This document shows, piece by piece, positions 1 through 9,900 of a stretch of 64,000 bases of DNA (positions within the stretch are counted from its first letter, which is position 1; the number at the start of each line of letters is the position of its first letter). Location of the stretch: the NCBI GenBank assembly GCA_964396165.1, contig CAYNEF010000006.1:3505-67504 (forward strand). Direction: 5' to 3'. The translations under genes and the position numbers were made by a program. Source of the stretch: an uncultured Pseudobdellovibrionaceae bacterium. GTDB lineage: Bacteria > Bdellovibrionota > FAC87 > UBA2466. Under the pieces are notes generated by a model that saw only the letters and a program-made list of their open reading frames with translations, searched no databases and had not been told where the DNA came from.

Positions 1-5
1 GCATT

Positions 6-377
6 TTACTTACCTGCCTTTGTTCCATATTTGGAGCGGCTTTGCTTACGCTTTTCCACTCCGGTTGTATCTAAAGATCCTCTAACGATGTGATAACGAA
101 CTCCTGGGAGATCCTTCACACGTCCTCCGCGGATGAGTACCACGGAATGTTCCTGTAAATTGTGCCCTTCACCAGGGATGTACGAAGTCACTTCGTAACC
201 GTTGGTAAGTCTGACACGGGCTACTTTACGTAGCGCCGAATTAGGCTTTTTAGGGGTTGTTGTATAGACGCGCGTACAAACACCACGTCTTTGGGGACAG
301 CTGGCTAGAGCTGGCGATTTTGTTCGGTTTTTCTGAGCTGCCCGCCCGTCGCGGACTAACTGATTTATCGTCGGCAT
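6..377 (-). CDS. rpsL: 30S ribosomal protein S12
   Basis: 123 aa; MPTINQLVR...[19 protein letters not shown]...[14 protein letters not shown] is the near-universal S12 sequence. Confidence 0.97.
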   Translation of the reverse strand: MPTINQLVRDGRAAQKNRTKSPALASCPQRRGVCTRVYTTTPKKPNSALRKVARVRLTNGYEVTSYIPGEGHNLQEHSVVLIRGGRVKDLPGVRYHIVRGSLDTTGVEKRKQSRSKYGTKAGK

Positions 378-772
378 GTAACTACCTCAAATTGTTAAAC
401 TAAGGACTCTTATCGAAAGGGGGTATCAATGTCAATGAGAATGCGTGCTTTTTTTTGGAATTTTGAGAATAGTTGTCGTGGATTCCATTGACTCGAGGGC
501 CGAATTCTTCTAAATATCCCCCCCACTCGGGGAAAGAACGATTTTTTCCTCGAAATAATGCACTGCTCTCAGAGTAGGAGAACGCGATGTACGGGAAATG
601 TTTTTTAGTCCTTTTTTCGCTCTTGTTAATAGTGGTTACGACCCTAATGGAAAACTTTCGTTCTCTTAGAGCGGAAGCAAAAAACAAAGGTGTCTGTACC
701 GAACGACTCCTTCCCGTGCATGAAGATGGGGTTTTCTCCCGTCTTGTTCGAGAAACCAGCTGCAAAAAGTAA

Positions 773-836
773 TCCGTCTTCGCTAAAGGCTTCCGTCTTC
801 GCCCTGCGGGCTACGCCGCGACAAGACGCCGCGATA
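773..836. repeat. GC-rich island with two direct copies of TCCGTCTTCGC (773-783, 792-802) and one inverted degenerate copy GCGACAAGACG (818-828)
   Basis: Read directly in the 524-bp rpsL/gltX divergent intergenic region; sequence differs from the REP family seen at 37.7, 38.7 and 56.7 kb. Confidence 0.4.
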
Positions 837-901
837 GGATGGTCCTCCTAAAATTACGAAAGTTTTAAAATCAAATCCGTTCGTGATAGTCTTTCTTTCT
901 T

Positions 902-2296
902 ATGACTAAGACTAGAGTGCGCTTTGCACCATCCCCCACAGGTTTTTTACACATTGGCGGAGCTCGTACAGGGCTTTTTAACTTTCTCTTTGCCCGCGCA
1001 ACTGGCGGCGAGTTTTTGCTTCGAATTGAAGACACTGATCGCGAACGCTCCGAAGATAGATTTACCGCCGATATCATGGAGTCACTCAGATGGCTTGGGA
1101 TGGAATGGGATGAAGAACCTGTCTATCAGTCAAAACGCTTTGGACATTATCAGGCAATTATCGAAGGGATGATTGAAAAAGGGCTCGCTTACCGTTGCGA
1201 ATGTACCGCATTAGAACTCGATGCCTTGAGAAAGAAATACGAACAAGAGAAAAAACCGTTTCGCTATCCGGGGATTTGCCGCGATAAAAAAACAGTGGGG
1301 GAAAAGTTCGTTGTTCGCGTAAAAACTCCGGAAATCGGGGATACCGCCTTTCATGATCTCATCCGTGGAGACATCAGTTTTTCAAATAAAGATATCGACG
1401 ATTGGGTAGTCATGCGAACCGATAAGGCGCCTACCTACAATTTTACTTGTGTCGTGGATGATGCGGATCAAAAGATTACACATGTATTAAGAGGCGATGA
1501 TCATATTAACAATACGCCCAAACAGATTTTGCTTTATCAAACTCTCGGACTTCCTGTGCCGCACTTTGCCCATCTGCCAATGATTTTGGGGGCGGATAGG
1601 CAAAAACTCTCTAAGCGGCATGGTGCTGCTTCCACATTGGAATACCGTACAATGGGATATTTGCCTGAGGCACTTGTCAATTTTCTAGTCCGCTTGGGTT
1701 GGAGCCATGGAGATCAAGAGATCTTTACGATGGAAGAGTTGAAAAAGTTTTTCTCGCTCGAACACATTGGTATTTCCAATGCCGTTTTTAATACGGACAA
1801 ACTCAATTGGATAAGTGGCCATTGGTTTAAGGAAACGCCTGCGGAGAAATTAGCAGAATACCTAAAGAAGTATTTTTCGACCGAAATGGCAAAGTACTCT
1901 AATGTAGAAGCCAAAAGAATGGCGCGAGGAATTCAGATTATCCAAGCCAAGGTAAAGCTTGCTCCTGAGTTTTTTGATCAATTGGATTGTTTGTTTGGGG
2001 AAGATCCTCAGTACGATTTGGCTAAATACAAACCAGAAGACAAAGTGAAAATGAAAGAGACGCTCAATAAGTACGCGCCTCTGATTAAAAACCTGGAGTT
2101 TGAACATACATTGCTTGAGAAAACGGTGAAGGAAGAAGTGGCGAAAACCGGGGGAAAACTTGGGCCTATCGCTCAGGCATTCCGGTTTGCGGTCACAGGC
2201 GGAAAAGTCAGTCCGGGGCTTTTCGAAATGCTGGAAGTGCAAGGTAAAGAAACCGTTTTTAGAAGAATAGACAAGGCACTCCTAGCACTTCAATGA
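902..2296 (+). CDS. gltX: glutamate--tRNA ligase
   Basis: 464 aa; class I HIGH motif (PSPTGFLHIGGART) and KMSKS-like LSKRHG; overall GluRS layout. Confidence 0.95.
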   Translation: MTKTRVRFAPSPTGFLHIGGARTGLFNFLFARATGGEFLLRIEDTDRERSEDRFTADIMESLRWLGMEWDEEPVYQSKRFGHYQAIIEGMIEKGLAYRCECTALELDALRKKYEQEKKPFRYPGICRDKKTVGEKFVVRVKTPEIGDTAFHDLIRGDISFSNKDIDDWVVMRTDKAPTYNFTCVVDDADQKITHVLRGDDHINNTPKQILLYQTLGLPVPHFAHLPMILGADRQKLSKRHGAASTLEYRTMGYLPEALVNFLVRLGWSHGDQEIFTMEELKKFFSLEHIGISNAVFNTDKLNWISGHWFKETPAEKLAEYLKKYFSTEMAKYSNVEAKRMARGIQIIQAKVKLAPEFFDQLDCLFGEDPQYDLAKYKPEDKVKMKETLNKYAPLIKNLEFEHTLLEKTVKEEVAKTGGKLGPIAQAFRFAVTGGKVSPGLFEMLEVQGKETVFRRIDKALLALQ

Positions 2297-3735
2297 AACC
2301 CAAAAACAATAAGCCATTAGTCATTCGCGATGAAATCCACGGAGATATCTCGTTTGAAGGGATTTCGAGGTTTGTAATCGATCATCCTGATTTTCAGCGC
2401 CTACGTAGTATTAAACAATTGGGCTTAGCTGAATTTGTATTTCCGTGCGCGACACACACGCGCTTTCAACATTCTTTGGGGGCAGGGTTTCTGGCAGGGC
2501 AATACTTTCAAACCATGCTGAAAGCCTGGCTTGAGTCTCCGCTCGAAAGAGATGAAAAATTTGAAAGTACCGAGCTCCATGTCCTTCGGACGAAAAAATG
2601 CTTTAGCCAAATTGCGACTGATTTAAAATCCGTTAATTTTTGGACAGATGTTTCCATTCTTTCGGGTCTTTTGCATGATGTGGGGCATGGGCCCTGGAGC
2701 CATACATTCGAATTTTTGGAGCTAGATCAGAATTTTTCGCCCGAAATTTCCGAGATGGATGGCTGTGTGCGGGCGTATTTTGATGATCTCGCAAAAACAA
2801 AAACGCCTCTCATGCACGAGGATATTTCGGTCGTTTATATCTTCCAGATTTTAAAAGACATGGAAAAGAATGGGCACATTGAGAATTTTGTGCCGTATTT
2901 CTTAACTGTTGCGACGCTAGTGAACAAAAAAGTAGTGAAAGGGAAGTTCTTTGCCCGATTCCAAAAAGAATTAGAAGAGGAATTGAAAAAAGAAAAAATC
3001 CTGGGCGGTTTGGACGTACACCGGATGATTGGGCCTTTGGTTTCTGGTCCCTTTGATGTCGATCGCATTGATTATATCCAACGAGATGGAAGAAATTCTG
3101 GCGTGCAAATCGGAGGAATTGAATGGCGAAGAATCGTCACAAAAGTCATTCCTTGTCTTGCAACGAACCCGAATAAATTTTCAGAACCTGAAGATGTGGT
3201 CTTGATATCCAATATCAAAAACCAACATGTTATCGACGATTTTATTTTTAGTCTTTTTCAAATGTACGCGCAGATTTATATGCACCCGAAAATTGTGGGA
3301 ATCGAAGAAATTGCCCGTAAGGAGTTAAGTGGTAAGGTACATTCTAAGAAAAACCCGAAGATTACCTTTGAACTACACCGAAGTTTAACGGATGAAAAAT
3401 TTCGACAAATGTTGAAAGAAGAATTCAGTGCGCCGAAAATTGAAGGGGTTCTTTTACGAAGCCCAGGAATGGGATTTCATGTGGGAAGATACCCTAAAGA
3501 CGCACAGCTTGAGAAAGAGCTTTCGGGAAATGGGTTTCAACTGATTGAACTATCAGAGCGTCCGATGATGAAAGACAGCATGGGTGTTTTCTTATACAGT
3601 CTGATTAAGTCGCCTGGAAATAGCTTGAAATCTAGATGTTATGTCAGACCTTGGTCGAACATCTCGCAACTTGCCGAACAGTTCTTTTCTATCTATTACT
3701 CGCCTCGTGTCTGGCTTCAGACGGAATGGAATTAA
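2293..3735 (+). CDS. HD-domain dNTP triphosphohydrolase-like protein (SAMHD1/EF1143 type)
   Basis: 480 aa; RFQHSLG, LLHDVGHGPWSH and DVDRIDYIQRDG motifs; ATGA start/stop overlap with gltX. Confidence 0.75.
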   Translation: MKPKNNKPLVIRDEIHGDISFEGISRFVIDHPDFQRLRSIKQLGLAEFVFPCATHTRFQHSLGAGFLAGQYFQTMLKAWLESPLERDEKFESTELHVLRTKKCFSQIATDLKSVNFWTDVSILSGLLHDVGHGPWSHTFEFLELDQNFSPEISEMDGCVRAYFDDLAKTKTPLMHEDISVVYIFQILKDMEKNGHIENFVPYFLTVATLVNKKVVKGKFFARFQKELEEELKKEKILGGLDVHRMIGPLVSGPFDVDRIDYIQRDGRNSGVQIGGIEWRRIVTKVIPCLATNPNKFSEPEDVVLISNIKNQHVIDDFIFSLFQMYAQIYMHPKIVGIEEIARKELSGKVHSKKNPKITFELHRSLTDEKFRQMLKEEFSAPKIEGVLLRSPGMGFHVGRYPKDAQLEKELSGNGFQLIELSERPMMKDSMGVFLYSLIKSPGNSLKSRCYVRPWSNISQLAEQFFSIYYSPRVWLQTEWN

Positions 3736-3813
3736 GAAAAGCTAAATGTCTGATACGTAGTGAATGAGCCGGCCTTTTTGGACTAACTCATTCTCGAATG
3801 GTAGTATTTTTAT

Positions 3814-4443
3814 ATGGATATTTTCGGGATCTGGCTTTCTACTTTTGGTGTCATATTTGCGATCGTGGATCCGTTTGGCTACGTCCCCGTTTTCCTTTCT
3901 ATGACCGCGAAAGATAGCGATGCTTTAAGAAAAAAAATGCTTTTAAAGGCATGCATCGCAGCTTTCATCGTGCTTTCGGTTTCGTCTATTATAGGGGGGC
4001 CAGTACTGCATCTGCTTGGCATTAGTGTGCCTGCACTTCAAATCTCAGGCGGGATGCTGCTTCTTGTGATTTCGTTTGAAATGCTAAAAGTTTTGCCTGT
4101 GTCAGAAAAACTTACCCCGCATGAAGAAAATGAAGGCACTAAAAAGGAAGATATTTCTATCATCCCACTTGCGATACCTATGTTATCCGGACCGGCATCG
4201 ATTGCGACTGTGATCGTACTCACTTCCAAGTCGGAGTCGACATTGATTTATCCGGCAATCGTTGTTTCTTCATTTCTGACTCTTGCTTTTACTTACTGGA
4301 TTTTGCGGTTCGCAAGCCCCATCTTAAAAGTGATCGGAGTAACAGGTTTAAATGTCATGACGCGAATTATGGGACTTCTTTTGTGCGCTATGGGTGTGCA
4401 ATTTATCATCAACGGCTATTTGGCGGTGGTTACTCGTGGATGA
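3814..4443 (+). CDS. MarC-family (UPF0056) integral membrane protein
   Basis: 209 aa, about 6 hydrophobic helices; N-terminal IVDPFGYVPVFLSMT matches the MarC-family signature. Confidence 0.75.
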   Translation: MDIFGIWLSTFGVIFAIVDPFGYVPVFLSMTAKDSDALRKKMLLKACIAAFIVLSVSSIIGGPVLHLLGISVPALQISGGMLLLVISFEMLKVLPVSEKLTPHEENEGTKKEDISIIPLAIPMLSGPASIATVIVLTSKSESTLIYPAIVVSSFLTLAFTYWILRFASPILKVIGVTGLNVMTRIMGLLLCAMGVQFIINGYLAVVTRG

Positions 4444-5416
4444 GTTTTCGCTAATAGAAAAAATCAAACAAAAATTAACCGGCACAAATGAAAAAGTACT
4501 TTTAGGCATCGGGGATGATTGTGCGGTTCTAGTTCCCCCTCATGGGAACTTAATTACGACTACTGATTGTCTGGTGGAGTCAGTACATTTTGATTTGAAT
4601 CTTATCAAAGCTGAAGAGTTGGGGCACAAAGCATTAGCCGTTAACTTAAGCGATATCGCTGCTATGGGGGGGACTCCCTTATACGCGCTTGTTTCTCTCG
4701 GTATCAGAAAGGGAATGAGTGAAGAATTTATTCTTAAAATGTACGACGGAATGAAAAATATCGCTGGCATGTTTAAAACAGCAATCGTAGGTGGAAATAT
4801 TACGCACAGCCCAGAAAAGTTTTTTATAGATATTACTTTAATTGGGGAAGGGGAAAGGTACTGGACCAGAAGTGGTGCCCAAGTCGGAGATATAATCGCC
4901 GTAACGGGAAAATTAGGGGGAAGTGCGCTGGGACTTAAAATGTTACAGTTAAATAAGTTAGATGCCATTGCTCACTTTCCACATCTTGCCACTGCCCACT
5001 TGATGCCCATCCCGCGCGTACTGGAAGCGAAAGCGTTGATGCAGACGGGAGGCGTAACCTCTGCGATAGATATCTCTGATGGATTATCGAGTGAATTAAA
5101 TCATCTAAGCAAAGCGTCAGGATTACATTTTGAAATTGAAGAAAATAAAATTCCTTTTGCAAACGGATTGGAAGAGGCAAGCCTGAAGAACGGTGTGAGT
5201 GCCATGGAAATAGCTTTACATGGAGGAGAAGATTACGAATTGCTCGTCACGGTTTCGCCATCCCAAATTGAGAAAGCGATTGGGGCAGTAAGAAGCATGG
5301 GCACTAAATTGACTGCCATTGGAATAGTGAAAAGCGGAACTGCAAGAGTGAGTTTGAAAAAATCTGATGGCTCATACGTGCAAATCCAGCCTAAAGGCTG
5401 GAAACACTTACTTTAG
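4436..5416 (+). CDS. thiL: thiamine-monophosphate kinase
   Basis: AIR-synthase-like fold motifs (DEFSLIEKI, GDDCAV, DISDGL). Start moved to GTG 4436 because the ORF-track N-terminus (from 4394) lies inside the MarC gene and ThiL proteins begin near the EFSLI motif. Confidence 0.85.
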   Translation: MDEFSLIEKIKQKLTGTNEKVLLGIGDDCAVLVPPHGNLITTTDCLVESVHFDLNLIKAEELGHKALAVNLSDIAAMGGTPLYALVSLGIRKGMSEEFILKMYDGMKNIAGMFKTAIVGGNITHSPEKFFIDITLIGEGERYWTRSGAQVGDIIAVTGKLGGSALGLKMLQLNKLDAIAHFPHLATAHLMPIPRVLEAKALMQTGGVTSAIDISDGLSSELNHLSKASGLHFEIEENKIPFANGLEEASLKNGVSAMEIALHGGEDYELLVTVSPSQIEKAIGAVRSMGTKLTAIGIVKSGTARVSLKKSDGSYVQIQPKGWKHLL

Positions 5417-6805
5417 CCAGTCGGTGATTAACTCTTGAAGCTTTGTGCGAGCACTTTTGAGAATTGTCGAGTCTGAAGCTTTGGGAGTTCTTAAATCATC
5501 ACAATGCGCCTGTCCCGTAATCGTCATCAAAGTCAGACTGGGGTTTTTGCCTTGTATGTTTTGTTCCACTTTTTCAGACAAGATGGATAAGTTGGACCAC
5601 GGATCATTGGAGCCGTTAGTAAAAAATATTCTGGATGCGGATTGCTCTTCAAACAAAGGTTGGTAGAAAAGCTTATTGATAATCGATGTGTCGACCGGTT
5701 TTTCAATGTGGAACAAACGGCTACAAAGCTTGTTATGGTATTCCTGATTAATGCGTTGGGAGCGAACGGAAATCGCCGCATCAGGATAGGCAATCTGCCA
5801 ATATCCGTATTCGTTGCAAGATTGGTAGAGCCACTGACGGTAGCCAAAACCCTCTAAGTAAGAATTCGGATCTTCGTTGATTGCGCCTTCATACATCGAC
5901 ATTTTTTCGGCATTGACGCCAATCATTTCGTAAACGGATTGGGCGTATTCTCCGTATGCTTTGATAGGATCAGATGCTTCGAGCGCTTTACAAAATTTTT
6001 CTTGGTAGCCGTATTGGATAGCAAAGGCTCCCACATCAGCAACGACATAGAGAAAGTCTGTGTCGTCTTTGACGGCTTCAGCTTTAAAGAATTTTTTCAT
6101 CTCTACTATTTCAGGCTTGCCAAAATGGCTTTCGATTTCGGCTACAACGCTGCGGATTTTGCTAGCGCACTCGTTGCCTGCGACTTTGGCTACATGAAAA
6201 TCATATTCGAGGTAATCTGCTTTTGCCATGACAGGGGCAGAACTTGCTAGCGCTCCCACTACGAGGCTAGGAAGTTTACTTCTAAAGTAGGCAGAAAGAG
6301 AGCCAGGGTATGAACCACCGAACGCGACCCATTTGCCTTTTAAATTCAGTTTTTCTCTCGCAAACTCTACAAAGTTAGCAAGATCTTTCACTGCATACTG
6401 AGTCGTTAAGTATTTCATGTTCTCAGTTGTCAGTTTTGGAAATGGCTGGCTTTTGCCGTAATAGCGATGCTCTAGAGCAATCAGGTGCGCGCCAAATTTT
6501 TTGGCGTGCTCGCGGATAGCGCCGCCTAAGATGCTGCGTTGTTCGCAAGTGGATTCGCCACAAATGTATAAAAATACAGGGGCATTTTCTGAAGTGGCAA
6601 GGCTCGAGTCCACATAATAACGTTGTTTGAATGTTTCAAAGTTACAGCAGTTATCATGGTCAATGCGTTGATCGTAAGTGCCTTCGACTAGCGAATCTGT
6701 TTCTACTACCGGCTCTTGTTTGTCTAAAATACGGTTGTAATAGAATTCTTTTGGATTTGCGTGAGCAAGAATGGAAAAGGCCAATAAAAGTATAGATAAA
6801 CGCAT
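5408..6805 (-). CDS. secreted serine peptidase, S28 (Pro-Xaa carboxypeptidase/DPP7-like) family
   Basis: 465 aa; signal peptide MRLSILLLAFSILAHA; nucleophile elbow FGGSYPGSLSAYFRSKLP resembles the PRCP GGSYGG motif; YYVDSS...PVFLYICGE N-terminal block typical of S28. Confidence 0.7.
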   Translation of the reverse strand: MRLSILLLAFSILAHANPKEFYYNRILDKQEPVVETDSLVEGTYDQRIDHDNCCNFETFKQRYYVDSSLATSENAPVFLYICGESTCEQRSILGGAIREHAKKFGAHLIALEHRYYGKSQPFPKLTTENMKYLTTQYAVKDLANFVEFAREKLNLKGKWVAFGGSYPGSLSAYFRSKLPSLVVGALASSAPVMAKADYLEYDFHVAKVAGNECASKIRSVVAEIESHFGKPEIVEMKKFFKAEAVKDDTDFLYVVADVGAFAIQYGYQEKFCKALEASDPIKAYGEYAQSVYEMIGVNAEKMSMYEGAINEDPNSYLEGFGYRQWLYQSCNEYGYWQIAYPDAAISVRSQRINQEYHNKLCSRLFHIEKPVDTSIINKLFYQPLFEEQSASRIFFTNGSNDPWSNLSILSEKVEQNIQGKNPSLTLMTITGQAHCDDLRTPKASDSTILKSARTKLQELITDWLK

Positions 6806-6925
6806 GGAAGTTCCCCCTGAAATAAGAAATAGATGGGATTGGTTGGTAGGGCAATAGATTTCGGGGCCTCAACGAACTTTTGTTAACATTAGGGTGAGTG
6901 GCAAAATGGCTCTATTTAAGCGCGC

Positions 6926-9900
6926 TTAGTGTGCGTTTTTCCATTCGTATTCGGATTTTTTGCCTTCTTTATCCAGCTCATACATCTGCACGCGGCTACG
7001 CATTGGGGTGACAAGCTTATCTTGGACGGTTTCTTTGTATTTGGGCTCATCTGGAAACACAAAATTATTTCCTTCCCCTTTGGCATAATGGGGATTTTTT
7101 TTCATGGCTTGGCGGATCTCTTCAAAACTTTTTGCTTCGCGAATTGCAGTTAATAAGATTTGTTCTCCGTGCTCTTCATGGTTACGAAAGAAGTAGTTTG
7201 AAGTGGTGGATGCAACCTCCAAAAGTAGCGGAGTATTGGCTTCCATCATTTCAGGGACTGCTTTTTGTACAGACCAACAACTGCCATTCACGTAAGCGAA
7301 CTCTGATCCCCCGTTTGCCTCTCTTTTTCTTAACCATTCGCCGAAGTTTGCATTGGGAACTTTTACCGTTTCGTGTTTATGGCCATTGGGCCATATAAGA
7401 TAGACTTCTTCTTTATTGCCTTCGGTGTATTCCAATGTGCCTTTGATGTACCAGGATTGTTTGTCCATCTCGACGAGGTTTTTGTTGTCCCCATCCGAAT
7501 GTGCGTGTTTCATCATGTAATCTGCTTCATTAGATTCTATTTTTTTCTTTAAAAACTCCGGCAGATCGGGAACTTCGACAAAGTCGTCTTTAAATTTGAA
7601 TCCCTTTTCTTCATAATATTTTCTTAAATGTGTGTAGGCATCCAGTCCGTTTTTCTTATCGCTCGATCCAATCAAATGTACTCCAGTGAAGGCTTTGTCT
7701 TTCCACATTGCGGAATAGTCTGGAGATTTTTTCCCCAAAGGGTAAATGTTTCTTTTTTCGGCAATTCCCGTAATCGAAGCAGTGTAGTTTTTATCTCCAT
7801 GTTTCCACTCGATTACTTTATCCAGCATCTTAGATCCTACAGGTGTGTCATTTTGCACAGAAACGGGCGAAAAAGTCTGCGTGTAAAAACCGTATTCGTT
7901 TCTTTTACTTATAACTGTATTATCTTTTATGCGTTGTGCACTACTCGCATGCCCTCCATCAGTTGCCACGGGGACTGGCCCGTTTTTTTCTTCAGTATAT
8001 TTCACTTCAATTGGTTTGGAACCCACAGCATACGGAATCACCAATACTTTTTTTCCTTCAACAGTGCCCATTCGGTACCCAACGTCAGTAAGTTCCGATT
8101 GAGTTTTTCCAAAGATAGGTTTTAACGCATCATCGATAAGATAGTTCACAGTAGATGCAAAAAGATGCGTGAAATCCTCACGAGTCGCGGCCCCTTCTCT
8201 GAGAGAGTTAGTCATCTGATCGTGTATCTCTGTTTTTTTACTTTCTGGAAGTACAGAAAGTAGCGATTTTAGAGGGAGAATACTTGTCCAGTCTTTCAAC
8301 TCAGTAGGGTGTATAGCAAGCTCCATTTGCTGTTCGATATAAGGCAGTATTTTTTCCAAACTTCGCTTTGTTTCTTCCTCTGTTCGACAACCGTCTGTAT
8401 TATTCTCCTTGATCATGTAATCCAATTCGCCCATTTCAGGAAATTCGGCGAGAAGATGTTCATATAATAGTGGTGAAGATAAGAGGACTCCTTGCATGGC
8501 ACTAGCTATTAACGAAGGCGAAAAAATGCCTTTAGGTTTGCCGGGATCTTCGAATTCTTGATGTAATGCTGCATATAAAACAGGAAGGTGTGCCTCTGCT
8601 TGAAAACCTTGAGGTTTGGAAAATCTTTTTAAGTACAATTCCATCTGTATTTTGTTCACTGTAGCGCTGGGAGGATAGGGAGTAATTTCATCCCAGTCTT
8701 TTTTGTTTTTATCTAAAGGCAATGAGCATAGAGATTTCTCATTAAGCTTTTTTAAGTTTTCTTTGGATTTTGCTTCAACTTCTTTAGAACCATGCATTTC
8801 TAATGAATCGCAGCCATCTTTTCCACATTGGGTAATATCTTCTGCCATATGGACATCTAGCTTTACACAAACAGAAGCGAGTTCTCCTGTCTTGATTCCT
8901 TGGCCTGATTCGTAAATGACTTTGGAGCCGTTTTGATTGAATTTAATGCGAGAACTGCTGTCCGTAGTTCTGAGCCGTGAGATTTTTCCAGAGGTTACGT
9001 CGAGTTGAGTATGCGCTGTATCGTACCCATCTCCCCAGCGAAGATTTTTATTGTCGCTGTCAAAGCGAATACTTTCTTTGTCTATATCTTTTGACTCGAA
9101 TCTACGTACACTTCCATCCTGAGTACTGTGGAGCATCAGTTTTTTTCCATCAGAAGTGTTGTAATACCATTTCCCATCCGGTGATAAGCCGTATTTTCCT
9201 CTCTGAACTAAATCTACTTTTTCCCCATCTGCTATATGGTAAAGAATTAAATCATCCTTTCCGGGGGCTTTTGCGGTTGCATACCCCGGCATTTGTGAGG
9301 AATAGTTTAATCCGCAATCTGCATTCTCCCCGCATACCTCAATCAATGATAGCTTTCCGGTAGTAAGATCTGCTTGCCAGATACTGGACTTGTGGTCTTT
9401 TGGATTGGTCGTGGAAAATAGGGCAAAACGCCCATCATCTGTGCATACGCTTCTGTTCACCTTTTCGCCAGAGCGGGATTCCATTTTCTTTTCATCAAAC
9501 ATTTGTTGCAAGTTAATTTCTTTAATCCCGTCAAATTGAGGATGGAAGAATTGAAGGGTACTCCCTTCACTTAAACAAATGCCCGATGTGTTTGGTTGCA
9601 CTTTTCTAGGTTCGTCCATATATCCACTTGGAGCTTTCCAAGGCGTTTTTTTTACTCGTCCCGAAATTAAATCGACCATACAAACTTCAAGCTTGCGATA
9701 GTCAAATCGGTACAAGTATTTCCCATCTCCGCTTAATGTTTCTCTGCCTGCTTCGCATCCGAGTGCAGTGTGTGTGCGTTGTCCGGTTTTTGTATCGAAT
9801 ATTTCTAGCTCGTTTGTGGCTAGTCGAAAAAATCCTCTGTTGATTTGAGGTGAATATTTAAAATCCTGGCTTCCCTCTCTGGAAGTCATCTTCACATGTG

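Noticed and set aside
400-772. Track ORFs 400-765 (minus strand, 121 aa) and 587-772 (plus strand, 61 aa) in the rpsL/gltX intergenic region
   Set aside because: The first has a TTG start and no RBS. Both have R/S/K-heavy random-looking composition with no motif and overlap each other. The region is more likely promoter or leader DNA.
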